From assembly GCA_016748015.1 (NCBI GenBank), contig JAAOMT010000514.1:290487-354486 (forward strand): a DNA stretch of 64,000 bases. Reading direction: 5' to 3'. Positions 27,654 through 40,846 of this stretch are shown here, piece after piece. Source of the stretch: Geosiphon pyriformis uo1 (Eukaryota; Fungi; Glomeromycota). The position numbers were made by a program, and so were the translations under genes. Below the pieces are notes generated by a model. That model did no database searches and was not told the origin of the DNA. It saw only the letters and a list, made by a program, of their open reading frames with translations. How positions within the stretch are numbered: position 1 is the stretch's first letter; the number at the start of each line of letters is the position of its first letter.

Positions 27654-28997
27654 TTTTTTTTTATTAAAATTTAATAAGTAAGGTTCAACTACTATCTAAT
27701 ACAATATGACCATATAGAGTCTTAAATTAAATGTGGCTTACATATTTTCTACATATAACCAGCTACTCAAGCCAGTTCAAACTATACTACATTAATGCAC
27801 TAAAAGAAAATTTATCCAAAAATGACATTTTTTGAATAATAAGAAACAAAGTCGCACTGCAAGGAACCAATCCAACCAGCCATTTAGCTGTTTTCAAGGC
27901 ATCAGTCTTAATATCAATAGTCTTATGTTCTCAAAGAAACATCAAGTTAGAAAACACTTCATCATCCAAACCAACTGGATGCTTTGAATTATCAGACATA
28001 TCAATATCCTCTATATAGTACTTTTTTTTTAAAGAAACCACTTCTTTTCCCAACTTACCAACAACTTTACTAAAAGAATCTAAATGTATAATAATCTTAT
28101 TAACCCTAAGGCCAAGTTTACTGCTTGAGACCAAATTCTCATTAATAAATTGTTTGAACAATTTGACCAAGAAACCAACTGGTTTAACAATAGACTCAAT
28201 TAAAACAAAAAACTTAACCAAATTAGATTCTACAGAAGCCAATCGAGAAGACACTATAGGATTACCAACAATCATAGAAGGAGAAGTAGGAGCTGTCAGG
28301 AGAGGAAACTCAGAAGAATTCAAGAAAGCTAAAGCTTTTACATAAGAAACACCACCCACAAATTGTGTTTTAAACATCTTGGAAGCCTTGAGAAAGGAAA
28401 ATGGAGAAACTTTGCAGTTTACAACCAAATGATTCACTTCTTGACACCTAAGCAGTGCTAACAACCAGAAGTTTCCCACAAAATATGACATTTTTTTAAG
28501 ATACCCATTTTGACAACTGCAGAGTTCAAATCAACTTGAGAATCAAATGTAACCAGAGCAAACTAAAAATGACAACCAGAATCAGACAAATAAGGAATGA
28601 AACAAGTCTGGCCACCAACTTAGAAGATCATATCACTAATCTTAAAGGCAGTACAGCCAAAAGAAAGATTGACCAACTTGGTCTTAAACTGATCATAAAA
28701 CAAAATTGTCTTATTTTAATTGATAAGAAGAAGAATATGAACACTATTTTTGTCTACCAAAATTGACTAGTAAGTAAGAACAAAGGCAGCAGCATCCAAT
28801 TCTTTAAAATAAACAACCACATATTGCCAAACACCAGCAGGCTTTAGCATGACATAAAAACTAACTTAATATTAGCAGCAGATACACCCAAAGACACATC
28901 ACACAATGCAACAACAACAAAAAAAGAACCAGACTCAGAAACCACCAAAGATTTGGTAATTTTAAAAGTGACAAAATGAACAAAGCTTGTAAGCTCA
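27654..28997 (-). mobile_element. Older ORF1-only (HAL1-like) element, 3' part, with LINE-A-type tail
   Basis: ORF1 CCHC, SY(V)KA motif and coiled coil, reading through a TGG>TGA stop to ...TAKW...KMSFLDKF...ALM* (stop at 27787-27789). Immediately followed by a tail homologous to LINE-A 9603-9736 and by poly(A). Confidence 0.8.
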
Positions 28998-30942
28998 ACT
29001 AGAAACACAACATACATTTCTTAACTAACACATCCATAGCAGTTAGAGTAGACAGCAATTTAGTAACTAATACAACCAAAGCACCAACAGGCTTAATCAA
29101 GGACTTTATCAACATAGATAGTTCACTAAGGTGGGATTCCAGAGAAGTCAACCTAGATTTAACAGCAAAATTGAAAGCAAAAAAAACAGCAGGCAACATG
29201 GGTGTTGCAGTTTTGAAGAGACTACCAAGATTTAAGTTCATATTAGCAGCAGCAACAACAGGAGGAACCAAAAAGGCAGCAGCTTTGGCATAAGATTTAG
29301 ATCTAGTAAATAAAAATTTGAAAACTTTGGAGCCACCAAAAGTATTGAAAAAGAATTTGGGTGGGAGAAAAGGTAATATCTTGCAGTTCACAGCCAAATA
29401 ATTCAAGTCTTGACATCTGTAGCAGTGGTAACATCCAAGAGTTTTTTACCAGATGTGGCAACCACACAAAGTATTAGTCTTTGACACAGCAACATTCAGA
29501 AATTTTAAAGAATCAAAAATAATTACAGCAAAGCATTAATGTCAGTAAAATTTGGAGGAATAAAGAATGAAACATATACAGCCACCAACTTGGGAGACCA
29601 AATTACTTATCTTAAAGACAGTACAGCCAAAAGAAAGATTAACCAACTTAGCTTTAAAGGTATCTCTTGAAGAAATAACATTATTTTGGTTGATAACAGA
29701 AAGAATCCTAATATTGTCTTTCCTAATCAGCACAGACCAATGAATAAAGACAGTAGTGGCAAAAAAAATGTCTTTAAAATGAACCACAGCATATTGCCAT
29801 AAACCAGTAGGCTTTAACTTAACAAAAGTAACAACACCAAAAATGCCAAGAGCAATTTTAATGTCATCAAAAAAAGTGCTCAAAGGCATATCATGAAGTA
29901 CAACTGACAAAAAAGGAGAAAAAACAGAGATTATACTAGAAGACTGTACAATCTTAAGAGTGGTCAGAAAAACTTCATCACTAATGACCACTTTGGTGGT
30001 ATCATTTAGACTTTTTTGAGATGCAAATTTCACACAAAACAACTTAACAGCATTTTTTGAAACAGATTTAAGCCCAATACAACCAGACAGCAATTAAAAC
30101 AAAGAACTAAGCAGGGCCATCTTAATATTAAATATAGCACCAGATACTAAATTAAAGACCACCCAACCAGAGTATCTTTAATGATCATTCATATTCTTCC
30201 AAGCACCACCATCAACAGCACCAGAAAATGAAGGAGAAGCAGTTGATTCTATTTCTATCTGATCAGTCCAATCTTTAAGATCATCTAAAATGATAGACTG
30301 TTTTGCTTCTGAGATTGGTAATGATCTGCTGGAGATCACCACATTAGGCAACACAGCCAGTGGTTAATCTTAGCCCATCTTGGAAGATATGCCACTGTTG
30401 TTGCCATCCATATCAGAAAGAGGGCTGGCTGCTGCTGTAAAGATCTTACCCAAGATTTCATCTGAAACCACAAAGAAATTAGGTGTGACCATAGCAGTTG
30501 CAACTGTCTGCTGCTGTTTTTTGGAATTTTTTGCTTTCACAATTATTTGTGAAGCAGTAGTAGTAGTAGTAGTAGTAGTAGTGGAAGTAGTGAGAGCAAG
30601 AAAGACCAACTTGCTGACTGGTCTGTTATTAAAAATCTTTGGGCTTTTTGAAGTGGTAAAAACAACACTGAGACTAATCCAAATGTGCCTTTTTGAAGAA
30701 ACTTTGACTGGAAAAGAACTTCCAGCCAAAAAAGAAGAAAATGAACCAGAAACTGCTAAAGACAGCTTTTTACTAATATTTTTTAAAGGAAATGTTGTCA
30801 GAATGTTTTACTTAGCTACTTTAATAACAAAAAAACCCTTTCATGTTAAAACTTTATTAGTTACTATAGAAAAAGTACTGTTTGCAACTTTTTTACTCTT
30901 AGCTCTAATCGTGGTCATAAAAATTAGAAGAGAAAAAGTTTG
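28998..30942 (-). mobile_element. ORF1-only element copy, 3'-truncated
   Basis: Colinear with the copies at 43616-46007 and 57552-59988 from the 5' end up to MDVLVKKC. Confidence 0.85.
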
Positions 30943-30944
30943 TA

Positions 30945-31006
30945 TCACTAAGTGGTTATGTCTAACTACATGCTAATATAACCAGAAACTCTATAGAGTA
31001 TTACAC
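30945..31006 (-). mobile_element. Short fragment of LINE-B ORF2 end / 3' UTR
   Basis: Reverse complement matches 41562-41625 (tttctggttatactagcatgtagttagg). Confidence 0.7.
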
Positions 31007-34000
31007 TGTTATGGGTTGGAGTAATAAGCTAATGGATAGCAAGGAAGAACAGAATTGTAGGGTGATAAAAGGAATCAAAAGAAATTCAACTTCAAAGAGT
31101 GAATTGAATAAGCATGAATTCAATGTGTAAAATCAGTTTCATAAAATATTTCAGTTGCTATACTTTTCAAAAGATAACCAGAAATCTGAAGGTAGAAAGA
31201 TAGTTTGTACTGTCAACAAATAATCATGCCTGATATAATTCTATGTCTTACATTAGTACTCTTAGAATTCAATATCAGGTATCAAATGTATTCTTCAATC
31301 ATGTTTTATTTCAATAATCTTCAAATGCTATAATTACATGTTTTAGGAAAAGGGTAAATAAAGGTCAACAAATATCTTTTATTCCAAAATGTTCAGATAT
31401 TTAAAAGTAGGAAAAAAGAAATTAGTAATAAGAGAAAAATTGAGATAAAATTGTTATTTTATTTCTTTTATTTCTTTAATTTTTATATGCTTTTCTATAG
31501 CTAAGAAATTTATTACTTATATAGCTATCAAAAATAGTCAATAATCAGGTCAACAACTAGGTCAATGATCAGGTCAATGGTCAGGTCAATGATCAGATCA
31601 ATGGTCAAGTCAATAATCAGGTCATTAATCAGATCAATGATCAAGTCAATAGTTAGGTCATTGATCAGGTCAATAATTACTTTCTAAAAATAAAGTGGCT
31701 AATTTATGTGATATCAGTGGCTAATACATGTGATAATTAATAAAAAGTATAAATTTCAACTGTAACATTATTCTCTCTAAAGAGATTAAGCTCTGGCAAA
31801 ATCAAGCTATTCATGATATAATCTATTTAAAGAGTTTTATTTAACTCAAAGCTAATTAATTTGTTGAAGTCTTTTATGGATAGAATATATAATACTTGAG
31901 GTGAAATAAGTTTTGTATCTAAGAAACCAAATCTTTGTATTAGAGTTTTGGCTTTTTTAGCAATAATTAAAACTCTTGAGATATCTAACCGTATAATGCC
32001 CAAAATTTCTGCCTGTATCTCTGAAGTTGTTTTCTTCATGAGTTTCATATCTTCTATGATTTCTTCAAGGCAACTATAGAGTTCTAATTGCCTTCCATAT
32101 GATAAGTTTTTGTCTATAGGTAAGATTTCTTGGAGTGTTTTTCCAATTGTGCTAAAAGGTAGGAGTATAGCTGCTGTTATACTTTCCAACAGATATTTAT
32201 CCATTTTGCTACCAATTTTTTCTCTTCTGGTAGTAGTTTTCTTTGATCTAATAACAGTATGTATTCCACTGTTATCAGTTATGGTGGTTTGTTTTTCAAT
32301 GGTTAGAGTAGCATTTGGATAATTTTTGATCCAATACTCATGGAGAGTATAAAAGACATTTTAAATGTTTTGATCCAAAAAATAATTGTTTATGTCAATT
32401 AAAGATACTGTTATGGGTTGAAGTAACAAGTTAATAGATAGCAAAGGAAAACAAAATTGTAAGATGATGAAAAAAATCAAAAAAAATTCAATTTTAAAGA
32501 GTGAATTAAATAAGTATGAGATTTAATGTGTGAGATCAGTTTTATAAAACATCTCAGTTGCTATACTTTTCAAAAGATAACCAGGGAATCTGAAGGTAAA
32601 AGAATAGTCCATACTGTTAACAAATAATCACACATTGGTATAACTCTATGCCTCACATCAGAGCTCTTAGAATTTAATATTAGATATTAGATATACTCTT
32701 CAGTTATGTTTTATTCAATAATCTTCAAATGCTCCAATTACACATTTCAGAAAAAGGGTAAGAAATAACCAACAAGTAATCTTTTATCCTAAAATGTTCA
32801 GATACTTAAAAGTAGAGAAAGAGAAATTAGCAATAAGAAAAGGATTGAGATAAAAGTTGTTATTTTATTTTATTTTTTTCTTTGATTCTTACATGTATTT
32901 CTACAGCTAAAAAATTCATCATTTATATAGCTGTCAAAAGTGGTCAATGATCAAGTCAACAACTAGGTTAATGATCAGGTCAATGATCAGATCAATGGTT
33001 AGGTCATTGGTCAGGTCAATAATCACTTTCTAAAAATAAAGTGGCTAATTTATGTGACATCAATGGTTAATACATGTGATAATTAATAAAAAGTATAAGT
33101 TTCAACTGTAACAATACCTCTGTTTTGGGAATGGTACATTAATTTATACTTGATTTTTGCTGATTATTTGAGTCAGTATTATTACAACAGGCAACCAATC
33201 AGGTCATTTATAATATTTTTTAAGTTATGTACCATGAACAGAACAATCATTGAAGATTGTTCCAAATTAATCTTGAAGAATATAAAAACCATTGTTCAAA
33301 ACTTTGTTGACTATAAAGGATCCTTTCCACTAACTAGAGAATTTATTACCATAAATATTGTCTCTGTTTGATCAGTATTCTAATACCAAGTCACCAACAC
33401 TTAAAGAAAGTGTTTTATAGGTTTTTTTTCTTAAGCTTTTTTTAGAACTGTTTTATTTTTTCAAAAGCAATTATTCATGCTTCTACCAAGGAGTCAAGAA
33501 TGGTACCAAGTCTTTTTTGCAAAATGTTTTTGTAATTTTCTATTGTGATCTCTTTAAAAGATATTGTTTTAATGTCAGTTTCTATTGGTAATGTTGCCAT
33601 GCATCCATAGAGCAGATAAAAAGGTTCATAATTTGTTATGTCATGATTTACAGTTCTATAAGCAAACAAAGCTGAAGGCAGTACTTTGTTCCATAAGTTT
33701 GTTTCTTCACTGGTTTTGGCTAGAGTTTTACATAGTGTTCTATTAAAATGTTCCACTAGGCTATTTGTTTGGAGGTGATAAGAAGAGAAAAATTTATGAT
33801 GTATTCCCATTTTTCTACAAAGTTTTTCAACCAGTGTACTGAAAAAAGTTCTTCTTCTATTAGATAAAAGTTCTTTGGAACAGCCATAATGACAGATGAT
33901 ATCTTCATAAATGAAATTGGCTATTAAGACTGCTGTTTGGTCTGGGGTGGCTTTTGCTTCTATCCACTTTGTAAGATAGTTAGTAGCTATAATAATGTAT

Positions 34001-37000
34001 CTGTTGTCATCAGAAGTTATTATTAAAGATCCAACAACATCTATACCAATTCTGTCAAATGGTTAACCAACAAAAATTGAATGGATATCTTCTTTGTGAT
34101 TGAAGTTGTCTCTTCTTTGGCAGATGTCACAGGTTTTAATGTATTCAACAATGTTTTTTTCCAAGGTAGGCCAATAATAGTGAGCTAAAGTTTTTGAATT
34201 GTTTTTGTTTTTTCAAAGTGTCCAACTAATGGGTCAGTGTGCATGTTGTATATTATAATTTCTCTTTCTTCAAATCTGATGACTCTCTGGGGGCAGTCAG
34301 GATCTTTTCTGTTTCTTTTGTATAATTGGTTTTGGCAGATCAAATAAAAATTTGATTATTTGCGCAAATGTTCTCTTTGCTGTCAAGTATATTCTGGTGA
34401 GTATTGTCTTTTATCCAAAAATTCCATTAAGACAGAATAGTTGTCCAAGTCTATTATCATGTTTGTTTGTAAAAAAGTTACTAATAATTAAGTTGGTTTG
34501 GTTTAAGAGGTTGTACTATCACTGGATGGTAAGTCTAGAGAGAGCATTGGCATTTTGATGATTTGCTCCTTTGTGGTGTTGAATATTATAGTTAAATTCA
34601 TTCAAGTGGAGTATTCAACAAGTTATTTGTTTGTGTTCCAGCTTCTTTTTATTGTGCAGCCAAAACCAAAACTTGATAATCTGTTACTACTAAAAATTTT
34701 CTACCAAGAAAATATTAATTCCAGTAACTAGTAGCCCAAACTACTATTAAACATTCTTGTTCAGTAACTAAATAGTTTTTTTCTGCTGGTGTGAATAATC
34801 TACTGGCATATGCTATGGCATGTTCTCTGTTATTTTCATTTTTTTGTAAAAAAACAGCACCAAGTCCATAGCCAGATATATCAGTGTGGAGGATAAAAAG
34901 TTGGTTCAGATCAAGTTGTTTGAGAATTGGTTCAGTAACAAGTTTTTCCTTCAGAATTTCAAAAGCTTTTTGTTAATAAGTGTCTCAATAATAATTAACA
35001 TTTTTCCTGAGTAGCTGATTGAGAGGAAAGGCAATTTTGGAGAAATTCTTGATAAATTTGTGATAGTAAGAAGCCAAACCAAAGAAAGAGCATAGTTCAG
35101 GAACATTCATTGGTTGTCTAATGTTTTGAACTTTTTCAACTTTAGCTGGATCAGAGAAGATTTCATTTTTTGTAATATAATGACCAAAAAACTGAGTGAA
35201 TTGATGTTCAAAAAAAGATTTGATTGGGTTGATCTTAAGACCAGCATTTCTGAGCAGGTCAAAAATCTTCTGCAAATGTTCAAGGTGTTCATCCCAGGTT
35301 TTTGAATATACTATTATGTCGTCCAAGTATACCAAAACAAAGTTTTCTTTTACTAATTCAAACACTTTATTCATTAGGTGTTGAAAGGTGGAAGGAGCAT
35401 TGGTGAAACCAAAAGACATGACAGTGAATTCATAGGTGCCATACTTGGTGATGAAGGCAGTTTTTTTTCTGCTTTCTGGATCCATCTCTACTTGCCAGAA
35501 TCCAGCAGTTAAGTCAATGGTTGAGAAAAAAGCAGCACCATTGAATTTATCTAGCATTGCATCAATTTTGGGAAGTGGGTACATGTCTCTTATAGTTATG
35601 GCATTTAGTTGGCAATAGTCAACACAGAAATGTAGGGTTCTACCTTTCTTGGATACCACTACAACTGAAAAAGCCCATTTACTCTTGGTTTTTTGTATAA
35701 ATCCAAGATCTTTCATTCAGTTTATTTCTTTCTTGATAAACTCATCATTGTGTCAATTAGATTGATAAGGCTTCAAATAGATGGAGTGAGTTTTTTTTGT
35801 GGTGATAGTGTGTTGTATCATATGGGTTCATCCAGGGGTATTACTTTCTTTTGAAATAACTGGACTATTTCTAGCCAACAGATTTTCAATGTCCACTTTT
35901 TTTTCTTTAGAAGAAAGTTCTCTTTGTTCTATAACTAATAATTGGATTTCAGGTGGTTTATTCTCAAAGGACTTTTGTACTTTTTTAAGTTCTTCTTGAA
36001 GTATCAAGCTAATTGGTTCCCAATCTTTGTAATAGATTAGGCAGGATTTGCATTTATTACTTAGTGAATACAAAGATTTATTACACTAGCACTGTGCACA
36101 AGAGCCATACTACCAATAACTGTATTTGGCTTTCTTACTAGGTTTTCTGTCAAAGGTTCTTCTGAAGATATTATAATAGGGCCAGCAGATTAGCTTGCCA
36201 TTTACCATGATTCTTTTTTTGTCAGCTTTAACATTGTTCAGTGGCTTGCCATTGCTGGTGAAGATGATATAAGTAAGTTCAACAGTTTTTTTTTGTTCTT
36301 TTTGATCTTTTTCATTATCACTCTTATTATCATCTGATTCATCTGATTGTTCTTTTTCTTGGTTCTGTTTGGTTGCTGGAGGAGTTGTCCAATGACAGCA
36401 TTTAACCACAATGGGTTTTTTACCACATCTGATGATTAGCTTACACAGTTCATAGTTAAAGAATGCTTTGGCTTTCTTAAGCCACTTATTACCAACAATA
36501 ATGGTATACTCTTTTGCTTCAGATACTTTCATATCTGTTTCAATGCTGATACCATTGATGCGGACAGAAATAGCTTTGGCTATGCCTAAGCCTTTCTTCT
36601 TGTTACCATGTATGTTGGTCATTGGTCTTGTGGAAGGTTCATCAATTTTTCTGCCAATTGCTTCAAGAAAGTGTTTGGCAATTACACTAACAGATGATCC
36701 ACTGTTTAGGATCAGGTCAATGAAATAACCAGCCACTTGGGCTTTACAAATCAGAGAGGTGACATTGCTGTTATCAGCAAGTCCAGCTTGGCAAAGGCAT
36801 TTGTTGGTCTTTGGTGTTTTCTTTTTTGGTATCAATAATTTGTAAAGATCTTTTTTGAACTGTGGATGGGTCATTAGTTGGCCAAATGTAATGTGTACAG
36901 GCATTTCCATGAGATCTTTGACAACAGAATAGGGTCCAGATTTTTGTACAATTTCTGGGAGTTCCAACTTTGAAGGATTTTTAAAATTTTTAGCTTTTAG

Positions 37001-40000
37001 TGGTTCATTGTTATCAGCAGTTGATGTGAAAACTTTCTTTGAATCTAGAATGAAATCAATCTTGGCTTTCTTCTTCTTTCTTGTTGATTCAGAGATGTTG
37101 ATTGCTAATTCATCCATGTTATGGTCATTATCAGTTAGGTTAAAAACATAAAAAGGGTTTTTTTCTGGTTGGCTTGTACTCTCACTCTTTGGAGATGCAC
37201 CTATCAGTTTAAAGGCTGATAAACAGTGGCTTCAACCAGGGGATTCTCTCCAAAGAAATTGATGTTAGCATAATTGGGTCTTTGATTGGGGACATTGTTG
37301 TTGATGGTTCTGTTGTTTTAATTGTCATTGTTTTTAGGAGCTGGAGGAGGCAGGGGAGAATTGTTACAATTTCTGGAAAAATATCCAGTTAATCCACAGC
37401 AGTAACACACAGGTGGGCCACGATTTTGTTGTCTTTGATATGGGAATTGCTGGGGTTGATTAAAATGGAGTTCAAATCTGGGTTTTTGGGGTTGTTGATT
37501 CTCTCTAACAGCTTGGGCTAAGGGTTTCAGTAATTGAGCAAGATTAGCTATGAGTCTATTTATTAACTGTTCATTTGGGTCTTGAGTTTGGGCAGCAAAA
37601 GAGACAGCAGCCATTTGTGGAGCTAGAGCCATGACAGGAGCAGAAGCAAAAACTGGAAGTGTAGATCCCAAATGCATTCTTTGGTTATCTTCAATTCTTT
37701 ATGCCAGTTCAATAGCCATGTCCATTGTTGGGTTGTTTTTTAAAGCCAAGAGAGGCCAAAGAGCATACAATAGATCAGTTCTTAATCTTTTTGTGAAGGA
37801 ATGGATCTTTTATTTTTCTGTTCAGTTTCTTCCAGAGTCTACACGTTTGATTAGCTTTCTGATAGCTTTGGCATATTCAGTTACTACTTCTCCAGGGCCT
37901 TGGGTTCTTTTTTCTAATTCCATGTGCCATTTGGATATTAATATTGCAGTTTTGAACTTGGCCTCAAACTGGGTAGTGAAAGAGGTATTTTCTTCTCCAG
38001 CATTGGTTGGTTTCCATCTGATTATTTTGTTGTTACGAATTGAAGTAACAAGCTAATGGATAGCAAGGGAGAACAGGATTGTAGAGTGATGGAAATAATC
38101 AAAGGAGATTCAACTTCAATAAGCAAATTGAATGAGTATGAATTCAATGTGCAAGATCAGTCTCATAAAATATCTCAGTTGCTATTTTTTTTAAAAGGTA
38201 ACAAGGGAATTTGAAGGTAGAGGAATAGTCCATACTGTCAACAATTGATCACCACTGGTATAATTCTATGCCTCATGTTGGCACTCTTAGAATTTAATAT
38301 CAGGTATCAACTTGTGCTTTTCAGTCACATTTATTCAAATAATCTTCAAATGCTACAATTATATATGTCAGGAAAAGACCAACAAGTAATCTTTTATCCT
38401 AAGATGTTTGGATACTTGAAGGTAGGGAAAGGGAAATTAGCAATAAGAGAGTGATTGAGATGAAAGTTGTTATTTTTATTTATTTGATTTTTGTCTGAGA
38501 GATGATTTTCTACAGCTAAGAGACTCATCACTTATATAGCTAATGAAAGTGGTCAATGACCAGGTCAACGACTAGGTTAATGATCAGGTCAATGATCAGG
38601 TCAACAGTCAGGTCATTGATCAGGTCAATGATCACTATCTAAAAATAGAGTGGCTAATTATATGACATCAGTGACTAATACATGTGATAACTAATAAAAA
38701 TTATGGATTTCAACCATAATACTGTGTTGAGCATTGGCATCTGTTTCTTGTAAGAACCAGGTAGCAGAAGAGCCTTGGAGATAGCCACCAATAATTTAGA
38801 ACTTGTATTCTTCATTATACTGGTTGGCTGTGACAGCTCTCTTAAAATCATCTAACCATTTAATTGGATCTTGTACATCACTTCTAAATAGTGGTAGTGG
38901 GGTATTGTTTCTTCTTCCTAGAGCAGTTTGTATATCTTGGAGGGTGGCCAGAATGTTTGCTTTCATGGGGTCATTAGCCATTGGTTCAGGGGTAACTGTT
39001 TGTGCAGATGAATCTGATTTGCTTGATAAAAGGTCAAAAACAGAGGCAGTTTGGTAGCTTTCTTCTTCTGTTTCAAAGAGAGTTTCAGTTGCTTGATGGA
39101 CAGCAATCCAAATGTGGATTTGATGATTCAAATATTCGAAATCAGGGGGCTGTTGTTCAAAGATTGCAGAATATAAGAGCTGATTGATACTGTTGTTTCT
39201 TTCTTCAAAATCATCTTTAAAATAAGCTTGGTCAAAGTAATAGTGTTATGAGTTGGAGTAACAAGCTAACGGATAGCAAGGGAGAACAGTATTGTATGGT
39301 GATGGAAATAAACAAAGAGGGAATTACAATAAGGGAGCAAATTGAATAAGTAGGATTTCAATGTGCATGATCAGTCTCATAAAAATTACAGTCGCTAATC
39401 TTTTCTTAAATCTAAAGGTAGAGGAATAGTCTGTGATTGTCAACAAGATAACACCGCTGCTATTATTCTATGCCTCAACTCAGCAATTCTTAGAATCAAT
39501 AACAAGTATTGTTGTACTTTTCAATTGTTTCTTTATTCAATGAATTACAAGAGCAAGCCAATTACTTCTCAGGCTAATTCTAACAAATACAAATCAAGAA
39601 GGGGAAAAGATAAGGTATGTGAATGCCAACAAGTAGATATTTGAAGGTAAGGAAAGGGGAATAAGTGATTATGAGAGGAAGTAATTAATATTGTTTATTT
39701 TGTTACTTTGATCATGTCTTTCTACAGCTAAGGGAATCATTGCTTATATAGCTATCTAAAGTGGTCAACGACCAGGTCAATGATCAGGTCAATGATCAGG
39801 TCAACGGTCAGGTCATTAATTAGGTCAACGATCACTATCTAAAAATAGGATGGCTAATTATATGACATTATTGGCTAATACATGTGATAATTAATAAAAA
39901 CTATGTGTTTCAACCATAACAATAGGTTGTATAAGTTGTGTAGGTTTCAGCTGAATGCTTATTCAGGAACCAGTTCCAAAAGTCTTGGAATTGTCTGCTG

Positions 40001-40846
40001 GATTGTTCTTCAATGGGAAAGCAAATCAAGCAGGAAGACAAAGGATTAAGTTCAATAAAGTCTAGATCATTTTTGTTGTGTGCTTCAAAGTGTTCTTCTA
40101 ATTGTTGTGGCAGGTATAAATAATCATCCATACAATAGGAAACAAAGTGGATTTTGACAACCTTACAGGGAGCACCACTTTTATGTTATGAGTTGAAGTA
40201 ACAAACTAATGGATAGCAAGGGAGAACAGGATTGTAGAGTGATAGAAATAATCAAAGAGAATTCAACTTCAAAGAGCAAATTGAATAAGTATGGATTCAA
40301 TGTGTGAGATCAGTCTCATAAAATATCTTAGTCGCTATTTTTTTCAAAAGGTAACTGGAATCTGAAAATAGAGAGATAGTCTGTACTGTCAACAAATGAT
40401 CATGCTTGCTATAATTCTATGCCTCACATTGGCACTCTTAGAATTCAATATCAAGTATCAGATGTGCTCTTCAGTCATGTTTTATTCAATAATCTTCAAA
40501 TGCTACACTTATACATTTCAGAGAAAAGGGTAAGAAAATACCAACAAGTAATCTTTTATCCCAAGATGTTCAGATACTTGAAGGTAGGGAAAGGAAAATT
40601 AGCAATAAGAGAATGATTGAGATGAAAGTTGTTATTTTATTTATTCTTGATTATTTTGAACATACTTTTCTACAGCTAAGAGATTCATTGCTTATATAGC
40701 TGTCAAAAGTGGTCAATGATCAGGTCAACAACTAGGTCAATGATCAGATCAATGATCATTTTCTAAAAATAGAGTGGCTAATTTATATGACATCAGTGGC
40801 TAATACATGTAATAATTAATAAGAAGTATAAGTTTCAACTGTAACA
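31007..40846 (-). mobile_element. Gypsy-B copy 1: complete domain set, with three nested solo LTRs
   Basis: 3' LTR 31007-31767 and 5' LTR 40184-40846. PBS TGGTGCTCCCTGT, gag with CCHC, protease (LILNSGS), RT (YLDD, 34985-35716), RNase H, integrase. Nested LTRs at 32409-33113 (TSD ATAC), 38031-38721 (TTGT/CTGT) and 39244-39921 (ATAG). Confidence 0.92.
31827..32204 (-). CDS. Extra ORF between integrase and 3' LTR of Gypsy-B (unknown function)
   Basis: Uninterrupted 125-aa ATG-initiated sense ORF ending just before the PPT. Confidence 0.55.
   Translation of the reverse strand: MDKYLLESITAAILLPFSTIGKTLQEILPIDKNLSYGRQLELYSCLEEIIEDMKLMKKTTSEIQAEILGIIRLDISRVLIIAKKAKTLIQRFGFLDTKLISPQVLYILSIKDFNKLISFELNKTL

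Noticed and set aside
30380-30976. Recurrent antisense ORFs (MLLLLPSISGRGL..., MKHV...) in ORF1-only copies
   Set aside because: These are shadow frames of a low-complexity Ser/Thr/Ala-rich ORF1 with variable, often non-ATG starts. There is no independent evidence of coding.
38245-38454. Small ORFs inside LTR-B copies (also 40419-40616, 52255-52464, 61808-62011)
   Set aside because: They are antisense to the element, and starts and stops vary between copies. Their recurrence reflects LTR copy number.
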